64,000 bases of DNA from Rhodosorus marinus CCMP1338 (Eukaryota; Plantae; Rhodophyta), in NCBI GenBank assembly GCA_029953675.1, contig JAMWBK010000012.1, positions 558,001 through 622,000 on the forward strand. The letters are read 5' to 3'. The translations under genes were made by a program, and so were the position numbers. Each line of letters begins with the position of its first letter. Position 1 is the stretch's first letter. A model generated the notes under the pieces. It was not told where the DNA came from. It worked only from the letters and a program-made list of their open reading frames with translations, and did not search any database. Shown here piece by piece: positions 46,965-57,457 of this stretch.

Positions 46965-47112
46965 CTGGTTTTACTGGTTTTTACTGGTTTTTATTGGTTT
47001 TTATTGGCTTTATTGGCTTTATTGGCTTTATTGGTTTTAATTGGCTTGGCTTTACTGGCCTTACTGGCTTTACTGGCTTTACTGGCTTTACTGGACTTTA
47101 CTGGACTTTACT
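46965..47112 (-). repeat. Long 9-10-bp tandem-repeat 3' tail of a family B element
   Basis: Minus strand: (AGTAAAGTCC)2 (AGTAAAGCC)n (AATAAAGCC)n (AGTAAAACC)2, about 16 units. Confidence 0.92.
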
Positions 47113-49292
47113 AGCATAGCCTGAAGCGCTACGCAAGGCGTGAAGATGAACTAATAACTAGGGAGGGAAGCATGCAACCCCAGGCGCCGATGGCGCGCCT
47201 CGGAAAGCATGTCGCTGGACTTTACTAGCATAGCCTGAAGCGCTACGCAAGGCGTGAAGACGATCTAATAACTAGGGAGGGAAGCATGCAGCCCCAGGAG
47301 CCGATGGCGCGCCTCGAAAAGCATGTCGCTGGAGTATCGCCAAAGGGAGACACTTAAACGCCTCAAGAGCGCCAAATATTCAGTAGGATGCTCAGCAAAA
47401 AATTTCCGCAACCACTCTAAACCCGACTTATCCACGTGACCAAAGCTTTCCACAATGAATGGCTGGAACCTGTGAGAGCGACCCTCAGCGCAAGGCAGAC
47501 TGGCCATGCTCTCAGCATACCGTCATTCCTTAACTCTTCGAAGGGCTGAAGCCGCGGCCCCCCGGCGGCGGGCGGCTGCGGTGAGGTGGACGCTGGCCAC
47601 GGGGCAGGTAATCGCAAGGTCCACATATGTTGAGCGTCTGGCAGGAGCGTCGGAGACGAAGAGATCGGCTATACAACGGGGCGGTGCAGAGTCCGAGATT
47701 GATCTGAGCAGTTCCGACTCAACCTCAACCGTATGCCCTATCCGAGTCAAAAATTCGCTGAGGATGTACTTGAGGCGAGTGTGACGCCTCGTACGGAGAC
47801 CTCGCAACAGTCCGCAGGAACCCAGGAAGTGGTAGCCACAAGCGTCAATCCGGCTCTCACATCCCTGACAGAAAGACGGCCGATTAGAGTGCCACGGAGC
47901 CTGTGGCAAACTGAGATAGATCCGTGCGGCAGAACGGAACTGGAAAGCATCGAGACGATGACTCAATGACGACGGTAGAGTGGTTAACCACAAGTGCGAG
48001 AGGTGGCCTCCCATGCCGCGGAGTGGTAGGCGGCGTGAGAGGAGAATTGAGCATGACTGTGTGAGCGGCACTGTGTTGGCCCCAGGTGAGGCTATGTTGA
48101 ATCACATCAGTGCGGGAGCTCCACAATCGGCTCAAACCCGGGTAGGCTGCAACAGGTGACCCTGGGCTAGCCTCTCCGTCATCGGCAAGAACTCGGTCGA
48201 GGGGACAATCCTCAATCGCTTCAGCTCGTCCCCATAACAGCTCCCTCCAGGAACGAAAGCGGGACCGATTTGCGTCCGGCACGGCGTTGCACCTCCTGAA
48301 CGCGTGTTGAAGACCATCATAAATTGTCAAAAGCGGGGGCGGCAGGGTCACTGGATCCTCGTTGGTCAATGCTCGAGCCAAGAGGCAGGCACTTCGCATC
48401 TGGAAGGTCACCAACGTTCGCAGCGCGGTAGCCCAGGAGGCAACCGCCGCTGGCGAGCATAGCAGCCCACGGTCTGCGACGCCGAATCCCCCTAATCGCA
48501 ACGGTAGAGCGATCTGTGCACGAAAAAAGTCCCTGTCGGGAGCAGCTTCAAGATCGAGGGGCTCATCCAAGAGCGTTCCCCAGTGTTGGAGGGTCATCTC
48601 GTCGGCTTTAGCCGCGATCCACGAGCCCCAAGCTGCAGGCAGGCTGCTCAACCAGTAGTTGAGTCTGGGACCGGCACAAAAGCGGGAAAGCAAGCAGACC
48701 GATTGCAGCATGCTGTCGGGTAGGTGCTCAATGGCGTCGGTGAGTTGCTTGTGCCGTGCCAAATCTCGCTCGCAGGATGCTTGGACAAAGTTGTCAGTCC
48801 CCAATCCGACGCCGTGGTGTTCGAACCCTTCACGTTCGCTGATTAGTCGCAGAGTGGGTGGCAGAGAGGTCAGCGACACGTCCCTCGGGGGGAGAAAGCG
48901 ACATTTTTCTGTTTCCACAGTCAAACCGACGCGACGTGCATCGCTTCGATCTCGGTCAGCCCCCTAGCCAGGGTCTCAGGGGTGCCCAGCAATGTTACGT
49001 CATCGTGGTACGCGCAGATTCGAAGATCCGAGACCTCAGTCGAAAGACGTAAAAGTACGAGCTGTAGGGCACAGGCATGAAGAAGAGGTCCGCAAGGGTC
49101 GCCTTGTTGGACGCCAGTATGTGCTTGAAAAACAGTGCCCTCCGTTGTCAAGTAGGGGAGGCTCTCCCCTCCGTAAATACCCGATAGAAACGGCCACGCC
49201 TCCGGAAACACCCGTCGGAGCACCTCTAGCGCATGCGTCCGCGACACGCTGTTGAATGCGTTCCGGAAATCAACCACCAAGACTCCCCACTC
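46965..49292 (-). mobile_element. Family B1 long degenerate copy with a duplicated 3' end
   Basis: RT (DFRNAFN, GVQQGDP, YHDD), CCHC and RLE with small indels; second tail/UTR at ~47220. Confidence 0.9.
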
Positions 49293-49707
49293 TGGCCTAC
49301 TGAACATTAACACCTACGTGAACAATTGTATTCAAATCGAACCGGTTTGTGTATCAAGGCTCGATTTCTCAGAGTTCATGCAACAGATTCGTGTCTGGTC
49401 GAACATACCCTACTGTTCTGGCCGCTGGTTTGGCCAAGCTGTAGCTGCCGCGCTTGGATGGTTGACCAAAAGCTCCGTCGACGAAATTGCCCACACCATT
49501 TCCATTGCAAGTGCCGTAGAAATTACCGCCAACCAAGGTCAGGTGTATTGCAGGGACTTGATCTACGCGAGGTATTCGTAGCGCTCGCAGAGCACACTAC
49601 TCGACCAAAAATTCATTCATTTGGCGCAAAACTTCATTGATCGCTCTCTCTTCTATGACTAAAAAAATGCATGGTCACACTTTTCTTATTTTATCTGGTT
49701 TGGTGAC

Positions 49708-52134
49708 CTGACTTTATTCTGGCTTTATTGGGCTTTAATGCTTGGCCTTATTCGGCTTTATTGGACTGGACTGGACTTTACTGGACTTTACTAGCATAGC
49801 CTGAAGCGCTACGCAAGGCGTGAAGATGAACTAATAACTAGGGAGGGAAGCATGCAACCCCAGGCGCCGATGGCGCGCCTCGGAAAGCATGTCGCTGGAA
49901 TATCGCCAAAGGGAGACACTTAAACGCCTCAAGAGCGCCAAATATTCAGTAGGATGCTCAGCAAAACATTTCCGCAACCACTCTAAACCCGACTTATCGA
50001 CGTGACCAAAGCTTTCCACAATGAATGGCTGGAACCGGTGAGACCGACCCTCAGCGCAAGGCAGACTGGCCATGCTCTCAGCATACCGTCGTTCCTTAAC
50101 TCTTCGAAGGGCTGAAGCCGCGGCCCCCCGGCGGCGGGCGGCTGCGGTGAGGTGGGCGCTGGCCACGGGGCAGGTAATCGCAAGGTCCACATATGTTGAG
50201 CGTCTGGCAGCAGCGTCGGAGACGAGGAGATCGGCTATACAACGGGGCGGTGCAGAGTCCGAGATGGATCTGGGCAGTTCCGACTCAACCTCAACCGTAT
50301 GCCCTATCCGAGTCAAAAATTCGCTGAGGATGTACTTGAGGCGAGTGTGACGCCTCGTACGGAGACCTCGCAACAGTCTGCAGGAACCCAGGAAGTGGTA
50401 GCCACAAGCGTCAATCCGGCTCTCACATCCCTGACAGAAAGACGGCCGATTAGAGTGCCACGGAGCCTGTGGCAAACCGAGATAGATCCGTGCGGCAGAA
50501 CGGAACTGGAAAGCATCGAGACGATGACTCAATGACGACGGTAGAGTGGTTAACCACAAGTGCGAGAGGTTGCCTCCCATGCCGCGGAGACGAGCGGCAG
50601 TGGTAGGCGGGGTGAGAGGAGAATTGAGCATGACTGTGTGAGCGGCACTGTGTTGGCCCCAGGTGAGGCTATGTTGAATCACATCAGTGCGGGAGCTCCA
50701 CAATCGGCTCAAACCCGGGTAGTCTGCAACAGGGGACCCGGGGCTAGCCTCTCCGTCATCGGCAAGAACTCGGTCGAGGGGACAATCCTCAATCGCTTCA
50801 GCTCGTCCCCATAACAGCTCCCTCCAGGAACGAAAGCGGGACCGATTTGCGTCCGGCACGGCGTTGCACCTCCTGAACGCGTGTTGAAGACCATCATAAA
50901 TTGTCAAAAGCGGGGGCGGCAGGGTCACTGGATCCTCGTTGGTCAAAGCTCGAGCCAAGAGGCAGGCACTTCGCATCCGGAAGGTCACCAACGTTCGCAG
51001 CGCGGTAGCCCAGGAGGCAACCGCCGCTGGCGAGCATACCAGCCCACGGTCTGCGACGCCGAATCCCCTAATCGCAACGGTAGAGCGATCTGTGCACGAA
51101 TAAAGTCCCTGTCGGGAGCAGCTTCAAGATCGAGGGGCTCATCCAAGAGCGTTCCCCAGTGTTGCAGGGTCATTTCGTCGGCTTTAGCCGCGATCCACGA
51201 GCCCCAAGCTGGAGGCAGGCTGCGCAACCAGTAGTTGAGTCTGGGACCGGCACAAAAGCGGGAAAGCAAGCAGGCCGATTGCAGCATGCTGTCGGGTAGG
51301 TGCTCAATGGCGTCGGTGAGTTGCTTTTGCCGTGCCAAAACTCGCTCGCAGGATGCTTGGACAAAGTTGTCAGTCCCCAATCCGACGCCGTGGTGTTCGA
51401 ACCCTTCACGTTCGCTGATTAGTCGCAGAGTGGGTGGCAGAGAGTTCAGCGACACGTCCCTCGGGGGGAGAAAGCGACATTTTTCTGTTTCCACAGTCAA
51501 ACCGACGCGACGTGCAATCGCTTCGATCGCGGTCAGTCCCCTAGCCAGGGTGTCAGGGGTGCCCAGTAATGTTACGTCATCGTGGTACGCGCAGATTCGA
51601 AGATCCGAGACCTCAGTCGAAAGACGTAAAAGTACGAGCTGTAGGGCACAGGCATGAAGAAGAGGTCCGCAAGGGTCGCCTTGTTGGACGCCAGTATGTG
51701 CTTGAAAAACAGTGCCCTCCGTTGTCAAGTAGGGGAGGCTCTCCCCTCCGTAAATACCCGATAGAAACGGCCACGCCTCCGGAAACACACGTCGGAGCAC
51801 CTCTAGCGCATGCGTCCGCGACACGCTGTTGAATGCGTTCCGGAAATCAACCACCAAGACTCCCCACTCCGGCCTACTGGCGCGTTCTAGCTCGATCCCA
51901 TGGGTGATCAGTTCGCAACCCCCAGAAAATCCCACCCCTACTTGCAAGGGCGCCATAAAAGCTGTGACGCGCTGGCGAAGGCGCTGGCATAGCCACCTCC
52001 CGGCTAACTTCCGTAGGCTCTCCACCATCCCGATCGGCCGGAGACGCGGGTGGGCCGGCTGGTGGTCAGGTTTCGTGAGCAAGCAAAGCTGTGCCTGCCG
52101 GAGATGTTCCCATGGCGCGGACGCAACTAAGAAC
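49708..52134 (-). mobile_element. Longest family B1 copy: RT + CCHC + RLE, one 1-bp frameshift near 51070
   Basis: ORFs 50985-52082 and 49831-50991 join if the C-run is restored (compare 48485-48495); mixed-unit tail at 49708-49792. Confidence 0.92.
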
Positions 52135-52606
52135 TAGGGGGGCAAACCAGGGCGCCGATGGCGCGCCACGGCAAGCATGCTGCTAGAACATCGCCACAGG
52201 GCGGCACTCAAACGCCGTTAAAGCGCCAAGTACTCAGTAGGATGCTCAGCGAAACATTTCCGCAACCACTCTAAACCCGACTTATCCATATGACCAAAGC
52301 TTTCCACATTGAAAGGCTGGAACCGGTGGGAGCGACCCTCGGCGTAAGGCAGACTAGCCATGCTCTCAGCATACCGTCGTTCCTTCACTCGTCGAAGAGC
52401 CGAAGCGGCTGCCCCTCGGCGGCGGGCGGCAGCCGTGAGGTGGGCGCTCGCCACAGGGCATGCAATCGCGAGGTCAGCATATGCTGAGCGTCGGGCGGCA
52501 GGGTCTGATACAAGAAGATCTGCGATACAGCGGGCCGGCGCCGTGTCCGAGACCGATCTGGGTAGTTCCGATTCCACCTCAACCGTATTCCCTACCGGAG
52601 TTAAAC
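52135..52606 (-). mobile_element. Family B3 fragment joined head-to-tail to the B1 copy
   Basis: RLE ORF 52218-52577; junction within its 3' UTR. Confidence 0.85.
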
Positions 52607-52772
52607 AGTCGCCTAAGTGGCTTTATTAGCATAGCCTATAGCGCTACAGGGAAAAAGTCGCTTGCGCGACGAAAAACAATTTCTTGATGCGCGAGTGTTG
52701 GTAGCTAAGCCCGGTCTGCTTTAGTAAAAAGCGAAAAGAGAGTTCGTACAAGACAGAGCTACCTCGCGAAAC

Positions 52773-53776
52773 TAGCATAGCCTGAAGCGCTACGCAAGGC
52801 GTGAAAAGGAACTAAGAACTAGGGAGGGAAGCGTGCAAACCCAGGCGCCGATGGCGCGCCTCGGCAAGCATGCTGCTAGAATATCAGTTCATCTTCACGC
52901 CGTGCGTAGCGCTTCAGCCATTGAGTCATCGTCTCGATGCTTTCCAGTTCCGTTCCGCCGCACGGAACTATCTCGGTTTGCCACAGGCCCCGTGGCACTC
53001 TAATCGGCCGTCTTTCTGTCAGGGATGTGAGAGCCGGATTGACGCTTGTGGCTACCACTTCCTGGGTTCCTGCGGACTGTTGCGAGGTCTCCGTACGAGG
53101 CGTCACACGCGCCTCAAGTACATCCTCAGCGAATTTTTGACTCGGATAGGGCATACGGTTGAGGTTGAGTCGGAACTGCCCAGATCAATCTCGGACTCTG
53201 CACCGCCCCGTTGTATAGCCGATCTCCTCGTCTCCGACGCTGCTGCCAGACGCTCAACATATGTGGACCTTGCGATTACCTGCCCCGTGGCCAGCGCCCA
53301 CCTCACCGCAGCCGCCCGCCGCCGGGGGGCCGCGGCTTCAGCCCTTCGAAGAGTTAAGGAACGACGGTATGCTGAGAGCATGGCCAGTCTGCCTTGCGCT
53401 GAGGGTCGCTCTCACCGGTTCCAGCCAGTCATTGTGGAAAGCTTTGGTCACGTCGATAAGTCGGCTTTAGAGTGGTTGCGGAAATGTTTTGCTGAGCATC
53501 CTACTGAATATTTGGCGCTCTTGAGGAGTTTAAGTGTCTCCCTTTGGGGATATTCCAGCGACATGCTTTCCGAGGCGCGCCATCGGCGCCTGGGGTTGCA
53601 TGCTTCCCTCCCTAGTTATTAGTTCATCTTCACGCCTTGCGTAGGGCTTCAGGCTATGCTAGTAAAGTCCAGTAAAGTCCAGAATATCGCCATAGGGCGG
53701 CACTCAAACGCCGTAAAAGCGCCAAGTACTCAGTAGGATGCTCAACGAAACATTTCCGCAACCACTCTAAACCCGA
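52773..53776. mobile_element. Family B3 fragment (minus) interrupted by a family B1 fragment (plus, 52886-53680)
   Basis: TSD AGAATATC at 52878-52885 and 53681-53688; same host nucleotide as at 12474. Confidence 0.88.
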
Positions 53777-53789
53777 CTGCAGGTCCATT

Positions 53790-55195
53790 GGCTGCGACCT
53801 CGCAGCCGTTCCTGGGGAGCTAATCGTGCTCCTCCCCCTTAGACCCGGAGGAGTCGGTCCTCGCGCGCTTGCCTCCTAACCTCACCAAACTGGTCGACCG
53901 GCCACTCCGCGAGACTCGCGGGATGGCTCCCCCGGGATTCAACAAAGTAATAGGGACGTTCTCGACCAACATATCCTCCGGCCCCCCTTCCTCGCCACTC
54001 GCACTGGAAGTGGTGCTTGGAGCGAAGGTCTCTAATACTCCCAAACGCCGTAGCTCTGCCTTGTGACTTGAGGTCAGCACAAGGTGCCTCTCCCTGTCAA
54101 AAACGGTAGAGGCGGCTGCGCGCAGATGGCATGAACTCGACGCAAAAACGCTCTAAAACTAACCGCTCCATGCGATGAAAACGAAGCCAATTGGCTTTAT
54201 TAGCATAGCCTAAAGCCTGAAGCGCTACGCAAGGCGTGAAAAGGAACTAAGAACTAGGTAGGGAAGCGTGCAAACCCAGGCGCCTATGGCGCGCCTCGGC
54301 AAGCATGCTACTCGAATATCGCCACAGAAGACACTTAAACGCCGCAAAAGGTCCAAGTATTCAAAAGGAAGCTCAGTAAAACATTTCCGCAACCAATCCA
54401 AACCCGACTTCTCCACGTGACCAAAGCTTTCCACAATGAAAGGCTGGAACAGGTGGGAGCGACCCTCAGCGCGAGGCAGACTGGCCATACTCCCAGCATA
54501 CCGTCGTTCCTTCACGCGGCGAAGGGCCGAAGCAGCTGCTCCCAGGCGGCGGCGGCAGCCGTGAGATGGGCGTTTGCCACGGGGCATGTGATCGCGAGGT
54601 CAATATATGCTGAGCGTCCGGCAGCAGCATCGGAGACGAGGAGATCTGCGATACAGCGGGGCGGTGCCGTGTCCGAGACCGATCTGGGTAGTTCCGATTC
54701 TACCTCAACCGTATGCCCTACCCGAGTCAAACATTCGCTGAGAATGTACTTGAAGCGAGTGTGACGCCTCGTACGAAGACCTCTTAACAGTCCGCATGAA
54801 CCTAAGAAATGGTAACCACAAGCATCGATCCGAGCCCTGCTGTTTCGCTGGGAGAGAGGAATGTGCCCGAAAAACGGTCGAGCCCGAAATGCAGTACGAC
54901 CTGGTGTTGAGAACGCAACCAGCGGGCGCTCTAAGGCCACTGCTCGGTGGGCTTCGCCAGCAGGGCCTGCAGGTACGTTGCCGCGTTCGCTGTGACCAGG
55001 AATGGAACATCCCGACCCTCGTAGTTGGCAAATATAAAGCCTTCCCGACGGCAGCCCAAGGATTCCGCGAACATGTTGCGTAAATCGCGCATGTTCGGCA
55101 CCTGGCCACGGATTGTCTGCGGCCGAACTTTCCGCACCCACAAAAACTGCAAGGTCGTGTCCGTGGTTCCAACATTAGCCTCTGTATGAGGCAAA
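53790..55195 (-). pseudogene. Divergent ORF1 homologue, split by a family B2 insertion (54193-54833)
   Basis: LQFLWVRKVRPQT..RDLRNMFAESLG..FLVT..YLQALL and VVLHFGLDRF align by eye with family A ORF1 FHFVWMTNVRPQT..RDFRDTMASSLG..FLVT..FLQSLV and VSLFVEFDRF. Confidence 0.7.
54193..54833 (-). mobile_element. Family B2 5'-truncated copy (CCHC + RLE)
   Basis: IDACGYHFLGSC..RRHT..YIDLAIT; AATAAAGCC tail. Confidence 0.88.
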
Positions 55196-55579
55196 AATCC
55201 TTTACATGGTAGAATATACCTACCTAATAGCGATCTCCTCTAAATAGAATTTCCACCACCATCGACGGGGATATAAACCGATCGCAAACCTGTGTTAAGC
55301 CGAGTCCAAGGTCTCTTCTCCAAGCTTGGCACGGGGACCAGCTCTATCTTTTCTAAATTACAAGCAGCAGTTCACATCTCTTTCAGGACCAACATAGAAT
55401 TTGATCCTCGTTTTTGTTGTCGTCGCTCCCTCAGAATTGCCAGATAGCCCAGGAGATATTTCGCATCTCGTCTCTCCAAGACCTCTGTGAAAGTCTGGAA
55501 TCTTTAAGACCAAAAACTTGCCGTGCGATAGGTACTGCTTCGGATTTTCACTCCGCACCAATTTCTCGAATGGGTAAAG

Positions 55580-57457
55580 CTATTTTCTAGCGTCATGAAA
55601 CTTCCATTGCCACAACGTTGTCGCGGTGCGGTAGAAGATAACCATGCCGAACAACACCGCCGAGTTAACCCATATGTTATAACCGTTATAGTCGTAGTAC
55701 TTTAGAACTTCCTCGCCGGAAATCGCATTCACCGTTCCAAACGTATTTTCGCAGGGAGGCCAAAAGGTGTCCGTAAACTCATTCAACATGAAGGAGGAGA
55801 AACTGAACGAGTGCATGCTGATGTAGTGCATCCATCTCCACCACCAACCGATGTTCTCCAGGCGGATAAAGAAGCCCATGACCACCATGAACGTCGCATA
55901 AATACATGCAGCGACTGCGAATGCGAGGATGAGGACGGGAATCATCGATGCGACAAACGTCATCAACGCCTCTGCAACAGAGAGAGCGAGGAAGAGGTTG
56001 AGGATGAAGAAAAAATATCTCTGGAAGAGCGGGTTGTAGCCGGTAAGCCAGTAGTTGATTGTCCCCGCGAAGAACGCGAGGATGAATGCCATCACAAACC
56101 CAAGAAGAGTATGAGCCAAGTTGAAGACGATCACACCGTACGCTCCATTCGCCCTCTCCTGCATAACCAAATGACGTTCATCGATGTAGGAAGGAAGGAC
56201 GCTAATGCTCATGAGCACCATAAAGGATGAGATGAAGAAGAGTGCACCGGAAAAATCCTCAACATTGCAAGCCGTCCTCTCCAGTCGTAGCCACGCCGTA
56301 CCCGTATACAAGCCGAAGATGCAGTACACCACTACTCTCATCCACAATACTAGAGGATTTCGCAGCGCATTGAGAGCAATTCGATGAATGAGAGTCACCA
56401 ATTGCCACGGGAACGACGTTTCATAGCTCCTTCCACAGCAACGCGCAGACTTCTCTTGTTCACTATCTTTTGAAGATACATAAATGTGCAAAGCAGCGAT
56501 CTCTGTCTGCATCAACTGATACTCCTTTGTTAGCGGCCAGTTGTCCAAAATATCCTCTACTGCCTGTTTCTCCCCGAAATCTCCATTGATCTTATCGATC
56601 ACGTGCTCGGCAATCGAGGTTAGTGATGGACAAGGATACCCAAGCTCTTCAAAGTAGTTCTCAACTTTGCTAGTTGGGCCAAAGTAGGCAGTCCGGCCCT
56701 GCGCCAATAGTAGAAGTCGATCGCTCATCATAAAGATTTCCGTTGATGGTTGATGAATAGTGCAGACGATAGTGAGGTTGAGATCCTTTGCGAGTTTCCG
56801 TAGGTAGCTGATCAGTTTTAGGCATGCAGCAGAGTCGAGACCGGAGGTTGGTTCATCCAAGAACAGAATCGAAGGCATCGCTAGTAATTGAGTACCCACG
56901 GCGAGTCGTCGCTTCTGTCCGCCGGAAAGACCTCGGACAAAAAGCCCCCCGACTTTCACATCGGCTTGCTTAATCAAACCCAACACTTGAAGAGTTTCTT
57001 CGACCCTTGTCTTGCGCACAGAGGGATCTTTGCAGTAGAATTTCGCGGCAAACATAAGCGTCTCCCGAACAGTTAGGGAGCTATACATGTGGTCCTCCTG
57101 CTCTACATACTTCGCCTCCCTTACGAGCAGATTCTGATTCACACGTTGCCCATCCAAGGTGATACGCCCCTCAGTTCCTTGTGCTATGCGATCAGTTAGC
57201 GCGTCAAGGAAAGTACTCTTTCCAGCTCCGCTAGGGCCCATCACAAAGAGGATATCTCCAGGCGAAACGATACCACTGACCCGAAGTAAGATTTTCTTCT
57301 TATCCAACTTGTTCTTTCCAAACCAAGATCTCCTTGACGCAACTTCCACTCCTACTTCCTCCCATACTAGGGAAGCCCCTTCCATCGCATCAAAGGAGGG
57401 AAGAATATGGAATACATTATCCATGTGCGACACCTCCAGGCTCTCAATGTCCAACAT
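55580..57457 (-). CDS. ABC transporter, subfamily G (White-type half transporter, NBD-TMD)
   Basis: Walker A GPSGAGKST, signature LSGGQKRR, Walker B ILFLDEPT, CTIHQP, C-terminal hydrophobic ABC-2 type domain. Confidence 0.95.
   Translation of the reverse strand: MLDIESLEVSHMDNVFHILPSFDAMEGASLVWEEVGVEVASRRSWFGKNKLDKKKILLRVSGIVSPGDILFVMGPSGAGKSTFLDALTDRIAQGTEGRITLDGQRVNQNLLVREAKYVEQEDHMYSSLTVRETLMFAAKFYCKDPSVRKTRVEETLQVLGLIKQADVKVGGLFVRGLSGGQKRRLAVGTQLLAMPSILFLDEPTSGLDSAACLKLISYLRKLAKDLNLTIVCTIHQPSTEIFMMSDRLLLLAQGRTAYFGPTSKVENYFEELGYPCPSLTSIAEHVIDKINGDFGEKQAVEDILDNWPLTKEYQLMQTEIAALHIYVSSKDSEQEKSARCCGRSYETSFPWQLVTLIHRIALNALRNPLVLWMRVVVYCIFGLYTGTAWLRLERTACNVEDFSGALFFISSFMVLMSISVLPSYIDERHLVMQERANGAYGVIVFNLAHTLLGFVMAFILAFFAGTINYWLTGYNPLFQRYFFFILNLFLALSVAEALMTFVASMIPVLILAFAVAACIYATFMVVMGFFIRLENIGWWWRWMHYISMHSFSFSSFMLNEFTDTFWPPCENTFGTVNAISGEEVLKYYDYNGYNIWVNSAVLFGMVIFYRTATTLWQWKFHDARK

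Noticed and set aside
46965-47112. Interstitial telomere array
   Set aside because: The units always follow the family B hairpin in element orientation, so they are read as retroelement tails; a link to true telomere repeats cannot be judged from this window
46926-47114. Poly-(Leu-Leu-Ala) hydrophobic ORF
   Set aside because: It is the antisense translation of the 9-bp tandem tail of a family B element, with no ATG start
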